Assembly: GCA_008632985.1 (NCBI GenBank)
Contig: QPGO01000007.1
Coordinates: 682,001-746,000 of the forward strand
Direction: 5' to 3'
Source: Psammoneis japonica
Lineage: Eukaryota
DNA: 64,000 nucleotides
The notes under the pieces were generated by a model. That model was not told the origin of the DNA, ran no database searches, and was given only the letters and a program-made list of their open reading frames with translations. Below are positions 26,961 through 39,927 of this stretch, one piece after another. Both the position numbers and the translations under genes were made by a program. Position 1 is the first letter of the stretch; the number at the start of each line of letters is the position of its first letter.

Positions 26961-28106
26961 CTCAACTGTACCTTCATCTTTTGGCACGACTGAGTACGCC
27001 AAGTCATGCTTCTCACTTGTCAAGTGAGGTGCGGCGAGGTGCCTTTTTATTAGTAAGGAAAGCAGCCCAGTTTGTCGGAGGGAAGTTTGGAGAAAAGATC
27101 GTTTGAGAGCACTCTAGCCCAGTTTGTCGGAGGGAAGTTTTGCAGATTTTTGGCAATGCCACTTCTGGATTGAAATATTGTCTCAAAAGGGTAGCTACTA
27201 GGGACTGGAGAACCAACACTTTAAACCGAAACATTACCTGCTGCAATGTACACCACTGTAAGTGTTTCTTTAAATTTGCTTGCTCTAGTAGAGGTTGACT
27301 GCGGTTGTTAACCAACTCCTAAAACAAACCATACACCTGGTGATACGTTTGATCTTTGCAATCACGAGACCAAAATAACAAAAAAAATACACCACTGCTA
27401 CTGTTGACTAATGCTACCCCCCCAATACTATGACTAGGCCCCACTTTCCCAAATCTTGATTTCAAAAGAAGCCGCAACTTCTAGAAATACGCAGCATTGG
27501 ACTGCCACATGGCACCTCGACTGTACCTTCATTATTTTTTGCTCTTCGTACTGAATACTAGGAATTATAGTGTATAATCCCTTAGCTGAATACACCAAGT
27601 CGTGCTTCGCACTTGTCGAGTGAGGTGCGGTGAGGTACCATTACGTATCAGTAGTCCATGGGATCTTTGAAAGTACAAAGTACGGTAGCCCAGTTTGTCG
27701 GAGGGGAGTTTGGCTAAAAAAAATCGTTTGCGAGTAGGCCAGTTTATTTGTCGTAGGGAAGTTTTGCAGATTTTTGGCAATGCAAAAAGTACTTCCGTAT
27801 GTTGTACTAAGGTAGTATGATACCTATGTCTGGTATGGACCTACTCTAGTAGAGCTCTACTAGTAGGCAGGGACTGGAGAAACAAAACTTCAAACCGCAA
27901 CATGATCTACAGTAGGTACTGAAATGTAGGTACCGTACACCGCTGCAAGTGTATCGACCGAAATAAACAAAAATAGCACACTACCCTATTGGTATTTTTG
28001 TAGACTGAAACTGCTCATAAATTGACTAATGCTATCCCCCAAATACTATTACTACTTTCCCAAATCCTGATCTCTAAAGACGCTGCAATTTCTAGAAATC
28101 CGCATC
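26961..28106. repeat. Diverged tandem duplication of about 550 bp of the RNR 3' flank (26961-27496 / 27516-28106)
   Basis: Shared CTGTACCTTCAT, GTGAGGTGCGG, CCCAGTTTGTCGGAGGG, GGGACTGGAGAA, TTGACTAATGCTA, TTCTAGAAAT. Confidence 0.85.
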
Positions 28107-29466
28107 CAAATCAAACACTTGATCGGCCGAGTCGACGCCAACTCCGCTCTTGGCGTACTCACCAACGCGCTTTTCAAAGAAATTTGTTTTTCCTTGAAGC
28201 GAAATCATTTCCATCCACTCAAACGGATTGACAGCCTTGTAGAACCGCGACACGCCGAGCGCCACCAAGAGGCGGTCGGCGCAAAACTCGATATATTGGC
28301 ACATGAGCGTCGAATTCATGCCAATCAACTCCACGGGCAGCGCGTCACGGACAAACTCCTTTTCAATCTCGACCGCGTCCGTAATGATTTCCGTAATGCG
28401 CTCGTGTGGGAGCGGATTCACGAGTTTGCTGTAGAGCAAGCAGGCAAAGTCGCAGTGCAAGCCCTCGTCTCGGGAGATTAGTTCGTTGGAAAAGGCGAGA
28501 CCGGGCATGAGTCCCCGCTTCTTGAGCCAAAAGATGGAGCAAAAGGATCCCGAAAAGAAAATGCCCTCGACGGCGGCAAAGGCCACGCAGCGCTCGGCAA
28601 ACGAGGCGTTCTCGCGCTCGCACCAACGCAGCGCCCACTTGGCCTTTTTCTCCACGCACGGAACCGTTTCAATGGCGTTCAAGAGATGCTGCTTTTCTTG
28701 AGAGTCCTTGATATACGTGTCAATCAATAGAGAATACGTTTCGGAGTGAATATTCTCCACGGCAATTTGAAAGCCATAAAAGCACCGGGCTTCGGGAGAC
28801 TGCACCTCGGTGGCAAAGTTGGCCGCCAAGTTTTCATTGACAATGCCGTCGGACGCAGCAAAGAACGCCAAAACGTGCGAAATGAAGTGGCGTTCGTTGG
28901 AAGTGAGCGAGTTCCAATCCTTTTCGTCCGACGCCAAGTCGATTTCTTCAGCCGTCCAAAAGGACGCTTCGGCCTTCTTGTACATTTGCCAAATCTGAAG
29001 ACAGAAAAGAAGAGAATAAGGTAAGGTATGAGTGAGTATATTATGGTATGAGTCAGACGATATGGCGTCAATAATTCAGATCTTATACACGTCTTATGCG
29101 CCTCAAACAGTCCATACACGCCATACGTACCTCAGCGTCTTGAATCGGAAACAAGACAAACCGATTGGGGTTCTCTACCAAGAGCGGCTCTGGCTTGTGA
29201 AGACCCTGCATCTCAGCACGCTTGTGGTCACTCTGAAGGATAGCAGTAGCAGCAGCAGTATCATCGATGCTGCTACCGCTGAGACTGCCGTTGGATGAAG
29301 CAGAGGAGGACGAGTAGGAGCGATTGTCGGGCGATACAAGAGCCGTCGTTGTAGACTTGACGTCCTGAACGGTCATGACACTTAGCTTGTGATTGGCTTC
29401 ATCGAGAAAGCTAGCGGTATCGTCAATAGATGGCGCGACAACGGAAGGAACAGCGGGAATGGGCAT
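28092..29466 (-). CDS. RNR2: Ribonucleoside-diphosphate reductase small subunit, about 412 aa, intron 29130-28995
   Basis: [78 protein letters not shown]-terminal DADF. In-frame GT-AG intron. Confidence 0.97.
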
Positions 29467-30461
29467 GGTTGATGATGATTAGCGAAGGTGTGATGATGTG
29501 GGATTGTGGTGCGTCTGAATTTTTTGTGGGCGAGTGAGAAAAATGTGGGCGCGCTGTTTTCTCAATGGTCACGCCGTAGAAATGTCGTAGAATTTGTACC
29601 AGAGATTTGAATTGGTCATTATTAGTATGTATTAACGCAATTTGTACTTACATCCCGTGCAGTATAAGATTCATGTAGAATTCAAACCAAAAAGGACGCC
29701 AATCGGTCACACGTACAAATACGTAGGTTTTGTACAGCAGAAAATAGCGCGCTTCCAATCGAGGTTCGCATCACTGATCACAACATTTCGGATTCCATAT
29801 TCCCTTTTCGTATTTCCCTCCGACAACCAAAACTTGCCACCGACACCAATCCAATGCCTCCCCGACGAGTTGCAACTCCGACAATTGTTCTTTTGCTGTT
29901 GGATCATCTTGCAGAAGCCTTTTTCACGAATAGCTTTTTGTGAATTGCTGTTTGCAGTAAGGCAGGATGATAACAAAGTATGATGCACCTCTCTCGATTC
30001 GATCGTATTTCCGCCATTAGCCACAGAAACATGCAGTCATGATTGGTAGGTTTTCAAATTTCACATGCGCCGCAAATCACGTTGCTTGAAATCGAGACTG
30101 GCGAGTGAATACAAGACACGGGTATCTTTCACAGAATAATGGTTTCAATTATTTTGATAATATGTGACGTCCCTTCCGTTTCGTCGCTAGAGAGTTTCAA
30201 AGCGCTCCGCTTCTAATAATTGGTACAAGCTAGTTTCAAGCAATGCGTCTTTTCTGTGGCTAAAAAGAACACACCTTCCTGTACCTACATTATCCTCATC
30301 AGGAATAAGAACTGATGGAATGGAATTCACAACAGCTCAACATTGCAATTGGATACCTCAAGGACGACAACAACGAAACAAAACGGTCCTACTAATGGTT
30401 CACGCTTTATGCGACTCCGAAAACCAAAGAGAGACTGTTATTCTTTTTGTAGAGTTTCAAA

Positions 30462-31247
30462 TTATCCAGACATGCGCTTTCCCTTGAGCAAGAGTTCTTT
30501 AGCCTCGTTGATTTTACCAGACAAATACGTGGATCCGCCAGTATCTGGGTGATTAAGGATTAGCAATTTTCGGTGGGCCTCCTTGATGCGTTGGGGTGAA
30601 CTCGATTCTCGTACACCCAAAATGAGAGCCGCTTCCTTGCCTAGAAGAAAAAATAGTAATGAAACAAATAGAATGAGACAAACGCACGTCACGATGCACC
30701 AATGTATTCTAGCATTCAAAATCGACTTACGAGTCATGGTTTCTTCAAATCCGCCTTCATAATACTTGGAACCCACACCGACATTGAACCACTTTGCAAA
30801 AATATTTTCTCGTTTTCCTTCTTGTTGTTGTTGCTGCTTTGGCTCTTCTTTTGCTTGTTCTTCTTTTTGTTTTGCTGCTGCTTCTTCTTGTTGCTTTGAG
30901 ACTTCTTCTGGAGACGGCAGGGACGCTTTCCATTCATTGTACGATTTCACGGCGGACGATGCGGCAAACATGGTGGCGGACAGTGCACCCAATCCCAATA
31001 CCAACGCAACACCCTTTTCGGACGGTGCACTCGAATGAAAGGATGAGTATTGTTGTTGCATTGTTGGCAGTGCTTTTAATCGTTTCTGTTCTCTGTCGTG
31101 GTCATTATTTTTTCGCAGTGCAAACGACGTGTGGATGCTACTTGACATTGAAAACAAATTCTTATTGTTGTTGTTATTGTGTCTTTGAATCAAAGCTTGT
31201 CGTCTTGACAAGGCAAAAATTGCGCTTCTAGTGGTTGCTCTGTACAT
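30462..31247 (-). CDS. PAM18: Mitochondrial import motor J-protein PAM18/TIM14 (DNAJC19-like), intron 30730-30641
   Basis: [23 protein letters not shown]...[30 protein letters not shown]. Basic N-terminal presequence and one TM segment. 90-bp GTAAGT..TAG intron. Confidence 0.92.
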   Translation of the reverse strand: MYRATTRSAIFALSRRQALIQRHNNNNNKNLFSMSSSIHTSFALRKNNDHDREQKRLKALPTMQQQYSSFHSSAPSEKGVALVLGLGALSATMFAASSAVKSYNEWKASLPSPEEVSKQQEEAAAKQKEEQAKEEPKQQQQQEGKRENIFAKWFNVGVGSKYYEGGFEETMTRKSILNARIHWCIVTCVCLILFVSLLFFLLGKEAALILGVRESSSPQRIKEAHRKLLILNHPDTGGSTYLSGKINEAKELLLKGKRMSG

Positions 31248-32170
31248 GTTGCTGTCGATCTCTGCCTGTTGTTGTTGCTACTGCTGCCCGTTGCTTGGTT
31301 GTCGATCGTTGTCGTTGTCGTCATGGAAGCAAAACGAAGAAGAGGTCGGCGGTCTTCATCGTGGGACCCCACAAATACGGAGGGACCCGCAACCCGGAAA
31401 TGTGTATAGTTCTACGTGAATGTATGGGGACTGTTCACGTAGGTTTTGTACCAGAGCTATCTCGCGAACTAGGCGTTTTTCCGGATTTTTGTCGTAGAAA
31501 CTGTACCAGTTTTGCGTATGTAGGCTACATGTTTCAGTACCACATACAAAAATTCGCGTAGAGCTCTACATACAGGAGGGTCCCTCCGTATTTGTGGGGT
31601 CTCACGATGAGTCTGGGGTCGGAGGTCGGAGGGAGGTTTCGATGCGGATGAATGGTCGTGGTTTCTACGTGAAATGAGTACCATAGTTGCACGACGGCGT
31701 GACGTCAACAAGAGCCACGTCATGTATCGTCGGACAGCCGGACTGACGGCGGAGGGAAGTTTTACGTTTTTTGCGTTTTGAGTTTTGATTTCTTTTTTGA
31801 GTGTCTATTGAGGAGTCGCTGCCGCCATGACCTCCAAGAAGCGCCGTCGTCAGCATGGCACGGGTGACACAGCGATATCTTTGAAGGGATGACATACAAA
31901 CAAAGGGAATTTGTGGTGTACCATTAGGAAAACTGAAAGCTATGAATATGGAAGAAAAATCTAGATTGAACCTGGATTGAATCAGGAACACGAGTTTTCT
32001 TTGGGCTATGGAGCAGAATGCGACGAGCGAGACGCTCATAGCGGTCTTCCTTACTAGAGTCCAACTCTAGTCAGAATGAAATAGGTATGAAATACAGCTA
32101 ACAATTGTTCGAAAGCCGTGGGCGTGGCAATGGCAGAGGGCGCGTTGTCTCCGGCAGAGGACGTCGGCGC

Positions 32171-33676
32171 CTAGTCGTTCGGCGGCACATCCTTTTCATC
32201 GAGATCGAGAAAATCCGAAAAGGAGCCAATCTCTTGAGGAAGCATCTCCGTGGGAGTATCATCCCTTTGCTTGAATAACTCTTGGAGAAGTGCAAGGTCG
32301 GGATTCTGGCAGTTTTTGCACGAACACTTTTCGAGGGAGCATTTCGTGCCGCTTTCAAAGCACACACAATACTTTTTGAGGCACCTGCACAACAAGAGAA
32401 AACGATAGAACGTCAGTTATTGTGACAGATTTATCAAAACATGCGGCCTTCCATGAGATCAAGCATTCCTCACCTATTGTTCTTGCACGCACAGCCTTGC
32501 CCAACCTTGCGCCTCGGCCGGTCTTCAAAGGCATCCGCACGCCTGGCCTTGATCCCCGCCATGCTCTTTGTTCGAATACCTTTTGGCCCCGCATGGGCCT
32601 GGGTGTTTTGGCACTTTTTGCACTGGCATATTTTGGGGTCGCAAAACTTTCCCTTGCTAAAGCAAACGCAATACAGCTTTAAGCAGCGAGACCTGGGACA
32701 GCTGCATCCACCTGCTCGGGCATATGATCGAGCCGCCGTGGCAGGTTTCTTGTCGCTCGACTTTTTCTTCTTGCCTTCGGTGCCCTTGCTAGTAGACAGT
32801 TTTCTTTGTGGTGTCGAAGGAAGAAGAAGCGGTGTCCTCGTCAGGGGCAGTCTTCTTGGTGGTACTGAAGGAAGCAGCAGCGGTGTCCTTGCTACTAGGG
32901 ACAGTCTTCTGGGTGGTATTGAAAGAAGAAGAAGCAGCGGGCGGCTGCTTTTCTGGTTCACCATTCCCGGAGACCTTGCTCGACGAGATCTGCTGTAGAA
33001 CGCGAGATGACGGTGGGTTATTACTCTGGAATTGAATACCAATATTGACCGAAACGACGTTGGGTGCTGCTCCAGCGTGACGGATATCCACTGGGCGACT
33101 TGTTGCTGTTGCTGCACCGTCTCGGGCGGAGATTTACGACTCTCCATAGAGCCACTTCGTTCGCTTCCGAGTCGGAGCGCCGTTCGTCGCTGCTGAAACC
33201 CTTGAAGGAGCTACTGTCGGTAATGGTCGTGACGAGACTTCGGGCGACGGAAAGAGAGGCTCGCCCAAGAGGAGGCCTACGGTAAGGTCGGACGAAATCA
33301 TGGACCGTTAGTTTGGAAGGACAGATTTGATAGAGCGTTTGACTCTTGGGTCGTCCCAGTCACCGTCGTCTTTGGCGTAAAGAGCGGAAGAGGTTCCAAG
33401 CATGGATCGTCAGCTGACCGCTGACGCATCGCTGGGATCAAGCGTGGCTTGGTTTGTCACGTCATTCTCTTCGTTATGAACACCGGTAGAATCTGTATGA
33501 CTAGCAGAGATGACCGTTGGTACGGCGAAGTTCTGATTCTCTTTCATCAGCACCATCCCGGCAGCCGCGTCTGCTTCTGGTGAGTTATTGGAGAACCTAG
33601 CTTTCTTGGTTGTTGGTCCTGCCGGAGTTGCCTCCTCAGGATGGCGGCTCTGTAAAGACGGCGGCGAGGTCTTCAT
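32171..33676 (-). CDS. Tesmin/TSO1/LIN54-like CRC (two CXC domains) protein; 5' part broken across frames
   Basis: CSCPRSRCLKLYCVCFSKGKFC..CQCKKCQN, linker RRADAF, GCACKNNR|CLKKYCVCFESGTKC..CSCKNCQN with intron 32473-32385. Upstream coding-like pieces lie in different frames, so the start is uncertain. Confidence 0.75.
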
Positions 33677-34173
33677 GGTGATGCGTCGATTGTTGTTGTG
33701 GAACGAGGTCCAACCGCCAAAACTGTGAGAGCCAAGCCGCCAAATTGAAAATGTCACACCAAACTTGTGAGCGTTTGGCTTTCTCGTGGTAAAAGCTAGC
33801 GAAATTGAATTTCCACTCCCGCGCAATAAGTAGGTGCTTCCGTCATGACGTCAGCGAGCTAAACTAACGGAATCCATCGCAAATGGCGCGGAGATCATGA
33901 TCACCGACCGTCTACGGTATGGTATATCAGCTGGAAGAGCAAGCGATGGTAGTTTGAGATGATGCGTTTGTGAAAAGCAGCATGTGGCATTGACTGGTTT
34001 TGGTGGAGGCTGGTCGGGCTCCAAAAGCTAGCTTCTCTCAAGGTGGCTTTTCCATGTTGCGGACGAGCAAAAGGCAAGAAGCCTACCTTCTGAATCCGAC
34101 TTGATTTAGCTTTAAAAGAAGAAAAGTCTATGTAGATAACATTGGTTTATGTACTGCGGTTCTCCGATAAGTG

Positions 34174-35875
34174 TCAGTCACTAGCGTTGGAATCCGCGCT
34201 TCCTTTTCTTCCTCTTGTCCGAATTGGTTTCAATCCAGAAACATCTCTCGCAAGGCCCACCAACTCTTCCGTCGTACCGTCTGGATCTTTTGGAGGCGGC
34301 TTTTGACATTGCAAAAAGCATACAATAACCGTAATATCGTCCGTCCTATCCTCATAGTGCAACCATAGTTCATAGCTTGCCCTTACAACTTGCTGACACG
34401 CCTCCAGTGGATTCTCGCATTCCGCACAAAGATCAATCACAGCTTGGTTCGTCATGAATTCAAACACCCCATCCGAAGCCAAGACGAGAATCTCATCATT
34501 GGACGTGAGCTCCGTTGTGAGCATTTCCGGTTCGGCACAAACACCCAACGCATCCGCCACGGAGTCCCCAATCGATCTCGTAAAGGCACATCCGGGATAA
34601 TCCTTGTTGGGGACCCACACGCGTGGTGGATCTCCCTGTTCGTCAATGTCTTCGCCCAGTACCATGTCTCCCCAATTCTCGTGCATGGGTTCTTCGCCAT
34701 TCATTTGGTCAATCGACATGACAGACGCACCCGCACTCTTGACACGTTCACGTTCGTCCAAACGATACGGCGTTTGATCACGTGACAACGGCACGGCAAC
34801 GAGCTTTCCAGCCTTGACGAGCTTGGGTGGCGGTTCTTTGGGTACATCTCCATTTTGTTCCTCTTCGGTAGGATCACGTTCTTCCACCTTTTCCTCTTCG
34901 GCGTCTGGAAGATTTTCAGACACACTCCCATTTTCGTGTGGTGGTGCGTCGTCCATGACACGGTGTCCCAATACCACCCGACTGTCGCCGACATTACAGA
35001 CGCAAAGACGACCATGATGAAAGGCTGCCGAAATGGCTGTAGTTCCACTCAATTTATCCTTGATGGCGGCATCGTCATGCATGGCTTGATTGCATTCCGT
35101 ATGTGCCCTTTTACACGCTCGTTCATACTGTGCTTCGGTCAGAACCGGCCACTCGGACGGATTAAAAACTCCCTTGCTGTCCTTGCCTTCGCTTTGCAGC
35201 TTTTCACGCTTGGCCGTGGCGGCATCGAGGAGTTTGCGATACCGCATGGCACGGGTCTGTCGTACATATTTCGCCATGAGTTGGGGGAGTTTTTGCTTTG
35301 CAAATTTCGCACACGAATGACCGTGGGTGCCGTGGCCATCGTACACGACAAACAAACTATCGCCGTCTTCGCCTGCAAATTTGTGTGTAATGGAATACTC
35401 GTCCTGATTTGCCTTGTGAACGTCTAATACGGGATTGAGAAAAAAAGAAAAAAAGTGAGCAGACACGCAAGTAGACTACACGCGGCACAGTCAAGAACAA
35501 CCAAATGATGCTTTCAAAACCACCGCGCATCATCAATTCTACTACCATAATTAACCACATACCATCCGGATAATATCCTCGTTGTGACAAAAACGCATAA
35601 TCCATGACGATTTTGTTTCCCTCTTCTTGTCCCAAAATCACGTGAGACGATCGCACACTGCCCTTGGTCCGCTTGACCACTTCTTCCGGCATGAGCTGAC
35701 CACTGGCATTGAGTTTGGGCGGGGGCCTTTGTGGAATTCCCTTTTTGTACATGGACATTTGTCGGGCCTTTTGGCCTCGAGATCCGCTACCCAAACGCTC
35801 GGTATGACCAATTCCAACACGGGGTTTTTGTTTGGTAGGCGGTGTGGTGGTTTCTCTGGAAGGTGTGCAACCCAT
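34174..35875 (-). CDS. PP2C-family protein phosphatase, intron 35562-35424
   Basis: MGC N-terminus (acylation-like), SQRGYYPD|DVHKANQD, VYDGHG, SGTTA, NVGDSR, AFTRSIGD, LASDGVFE, DDITV. Confidence 0.93.
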
Positions 35876-36548
35876 GTTGAATTTGATTACTTCAGCACTA
35901 ACAACGACAACAAGAGCCTGACGACTCTGCTGATAAGATATCCCTTGGATACAATGAGAATGCGGCGTTCTCGTCGCTGTTGTGATTGAAGGGCTTGAAG
36001 GGCGTGTTTTGTGGTGTTTCGGTGTTTCTTCACTCTGAGATGAATCTAAAATCGAATCTTACCTGGAATCTTTGGATAATTTCCTTCAGATACGATGAAT
36101 TTTGTTTGTACAAAATCTGAAATTTCATCTCGTCAATCAATATATTAAGCGGCAAATACATATATTTGAATATAATTATTCATTGCGTCAAAGTTATCAT
36201 TCTATGTGCGAAAACGCCGTGACAAAAAGCGCGTGTCACAAACTCGTGGTCACAAAATGGACACAAAATGAAAAAAGACTGAAAATTGCGACGAACTGTA
36301 GGAAGTAAACACAATTTTTAATTTAAAACTTAAAAAGGGGCACACGTTGACACTTCATCCACTCAGTTTTGTCAGAAGGCGTGCCTAGACGTCTCCCACA
36401 GAGCGGTTCAAGTTGGCAATCGGGCACAATGTCGTCATCCAATTCTCGCAGAGACACTGCTTTTCTGCCATCTCTAGTAGAAAAGCAGAAATAGTTTTCA
36501 AAACTTTACAAGACGCAAAAGTTGACACACACCCCAACTCATTCCTCC

Positions 36549-38114
36549 TCACGCCCGAACAAACATCTCAGCAGGCATACCGTGCTTGGGGCGTTGCACT
36601 AGATACGTCTCGACCGGTTCAAGTGCGTAGTCGGGAGCAATGTCATAATCCAATTCTCGCAACAACAGGGCCAGCACAAGTGTTCCTTCTTGCAGCGCAA
36701 AGCGCTGTCCAGGACAATAGCGCCCGCCGGCTGAAAAGGCCAACAAGTTTTCTCGCTTGGCCGCGGCAACTTTATAAGACTCATTTCCAACAGGTCGCTC
36801 CACCCATGTACCATTGCTCGTCTGTACGACCCATCGTTCTGGATGAAACTCTGTGGCACAATCAAAGTTGTGCTCTTGTCGGTGCAAATGATAGAGTGGA
36901 ATGATCGCGTAGGAACCGGAAGGAGCGACGAAACCTCCGTTGAGTTTGAGGTCTTTTGTCAATGTCCGTGTGGTTGCTGTGACTGGGGGGTGCAATCGAA
37001 TCGCCTCTGTCAATACAGCATTGACGTAGGTCAATTCGGAAATGTCGGGAATGCCTTTGTCCGTCCAAACACGACGAATCTCTTCCAGACAATGGTCTTG
37101 GATTGTCTTATGCTGCTTTAGGTAGTAGAGAGCATATACCAACGCAATAGAGGTTGTATCATACCCAGCAAACAGAATGCTCAACAGAGTGTCAATCAGC
37201 ACACGCTCTTCCTTCATGGTTTCATCCAACAACAACAAGTCCAGAAAGTCCTTGTTCTTCTTTGCTGTGATCTCTTCGATAGTCGTTTCCTTCATTCTGC
37301 TCTCCACGATTTGCATGAGATTACTTCGAATCAGTCGATCCGCGGCAGCATGCTGACGGTTAAGCTTGGTGGGAATCCAGTACAACGAGTTGAATGGCGA
37401 CAGAGCCCCTCGCAAACGACGCCTCGCTTCTTTTTGCATAAAGCCAAAGGCTTGCGCTTCCTCACCCAACTGCAGATTCTTACAATTGCCACCATCCATT
37501 CCAAACGCGGTTTGTATAAACACATCAACCGTGATGCATTTGCACAAGTCGGCCAAATCGACCTTTACTTTGGCTTGGCCCGCACTCTGTATGCTTTTCA
37601 CCAATCGATTTGTTACAGCCACCATGTCGGCCTTGTAGGACTCGACCGCCGAGGGTGAAAAGGATCGTTGAATCAAGATTCGATGTGTTTTCCATGCTTT
37701 TCCATTCATAATGGCCAAATTCGAGTTTCCAATAAACTTGGCAAAGTGATACCGTACAATGGAAGCCATTTCCCGGTCGGCCGTGGCGTTCAAAATGGTT
37801 CGAACATCGCTGGCATGCCAAGCGGAAAACGCTCGTTGGTTCAAAATGTAGTATCCCGTCTGACCAAATTCATTACAATGATCCATCATGACGAAACCAT
37901 GTCCCTTGTCGAAATCATCGCACACGAGATTCGGCAATTGTCCTGAAATCCAATGAGAATTGGGTGGAGAGGGAAGTTCCGGAAACGGCTTGGCTTTTTC
38001 GAGTCTGCGCTTGAGTAGAAGAAACCCGGCGGTTGCTGTGGTCAAAACGACACCCAAAGAAACCAATGATCGAGAAGAAGATGAATCGGATGAGATACTA
38101 GTATGCATTGGCAT
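36549..38114 (-). CDS. Cytochrome P450, 521 aa, intronless
   Basis: N-terminal TM plus Pro hinge, I-helix AGYDTT, EAIR (ExxR), PERW, heme motif FSAGGRYCPG. Confidence 0.96.
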   Translation of the reverse strand: MPMHTSISSDSSSSRSLVSLGVVLTTATAGFLLLKRRLEKAKPFPELPSPPNSHWISGQLPNLVCDDFDKGHGFVMMDHCNEFGQTGYYILNQRAFSAWHASDVRTILNATADREMASIVRYHFAKFIGNSNLAIMNGKAWKTHRILIQRSFSPSAVESYKADMVAVTNRLVKSIQSAGQAKVKVDLADLCKCITVDVFIQTAFGMDGGNCKNLQLGEEAQAFGFMQKEARRRLRGALSPFNSLYWIPTKLNRQHAAADRLIRSNLMQIVESRMKETTIEEITAKKNKDFLDLLLLDETMKEERVLIDTLLSILFAGYDTTSIALVYALYYLKQHKTIQDHCLEEIRRVWTDKGIPDISELTYVNAVLTEAIRLHPPVTATTRTLTKDLKLNGGFVAPSGSYAIIPLYHLHRQEHNFDCATEFHPERWVVQTSNGTWVERPVGNESYKVAAAKRENLLAFSAGGRYCPGQRFALQEGTLVLALLLRELDYDIAPDYALEPVETYLVQRPKHGMPAEMFVRA

Positions 38115-39693
38115 GGTGGGAGAGGGAGAGTATCTGCGTTGTATGCTCTACTTAATAAAATCAATGAGAAAGTTCTCGGGTGGAACGTTGAACCAACCGA
38201 ATGAATGAACGAACGACCTGAAGATAGAAGATAGAGATCATGAATCATCATCAGTCAAGTCTTGAGTCAGTCGTCCTTGCCACGCGTTCGGTCGTGAATG
38301 GGCGCGTGTCCTTTCGAGGGATCAATCGCACGAGCGATACGTGCGCATGCATTACGTACGCGCCGCACTACACACGCATTGTGTGTGCAGGCAGGCAGAT
38401 CAGAGCAGCAAAGAACAGGTTATCTTCATCGGGAGTCAACTCCAGGAATGCCAGATTCAGACAATGCCACTGCATTCTCATTTGTGCAGTCAGTGAGTGT
38501 CATGGTGGGAGAATGGTGCCAGCTTTCTGGCTCTGCAAACAACTCCACATTTTGGCGTTCATCACACACAAGTTCATGGTGACCATGTGCAACCACAACA
38601 GGGCCTGGCTCAATGTGCTTCACAAGGGTGACACATCATGCCCCACTCTTGTCCCATGCCAGGCCACAGGTGGGTTAACAAACATTCAACATTTCACCTG
38701 GGTTGCAAATGTCACTTTTTCTCAGTGCAACTGCAGCTCACTGTCTTCGAGACAATCTTCACAGCCGTGTTGCTCTGGATGACAACATGCCATGCCATGC
38801 CTTGCCTCAAGAGCTTCACCAGCTTGATGCTCAATTTTGCATCTTCCCCTCCAATCATCATGGATGGAGAACATCAGTGTGGCAGCAGACATGTGCTCTG
38901 TGTGCTGTCTCAAAGCTCCGCTGTGCCAGCTCTTTGTGCACTTCCGTCAATGACTTGCATCTGCCCAGCCACAGGCCTTGCCACAAGCTTGATGACTCTG
39001 GATCCCCCAATGGGAAGGTGCTGCCACATTTGGGTCTTCTGTCTTCATCTCTCTTGGATGGAGCCCAACAATTGCTGTGGAACCAGGGTGTCTTGTGGAG
39101 GCTTGGATCAAGAGTCAGAACCCCAACTCTGACCCCAATGCCTTCCAGTTGCTCTCATTCCACCTCTTCAACTCCTCCATTGCTGCCTCTGTCACAATCT
39201 TCACCCATCATCTCTGACATTCTTTGGTCACTCAAACCCAGGAGTCTCTCTTGACAATCTAGCCAACAATTCAGTGGCCATGCCTTTGTCGCCATGTCAT
39301 GAAATGTGCAGAGTTCACATGAGTCATTGCCACTCATGGTTGGCAATCATCCACAACAACAAATTGTGGCTGGTTGAACAACCATGATTTGGTTTAGCAC
39401 CCTTTCCAGGTTGCAGGGATTTTTCACCCATGTGCATCAGAGTTCTTGTCTGACATCACAAAAGAGCAGGAAAATGCTTCTGCCATGCTTGAAGCCAACA
39501 GCCCGCAAGAGTGGCTTGTTTGAACTTGCAAAACTTCTTGCCCTGCAATGGCTCAGTCATGAAGTCTCCAAGCATGTCATCAGCAGGACAGCATTGCACA
39601 CCATGCATCTTGTTTGGCCTGCTTAAAAACTTGTCATTCAGCACCCCCAAGTTCTTGTGGCTTGACATCAGGTCATCCACATGGAATCAGAAG

Positions 39694-39927
39694 AGTCGAG
39701 ATGCAGTCCTGCAGCTGGGTGGGATGGACAAGACCTCGGAGGTTGGTGGCAATGTGAACGGCAACAGAGGCAAACAGATGCTTGTTCAAAGTCATTGTCT
39801 AAAAATTGTGACGAATGTCGTTGCTTCTGTTTGAATCAATTTTGTGATGAGCCAATTATTTCGAAGAGAAAATCTGAGTCTGGGTTGCAGTCGTGAGATG
39901 CGACCAGAATGATGTTGAGTCGTGACT
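39694..39927 (-). repeat. 3' LTR (AGTC...GACT)
   Basis: 220/234 identical to 46697-46930, no indels. PPT GGTTGAGAGGGAG at 39940-39928 on the minus strand. Confidence 0.95.
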
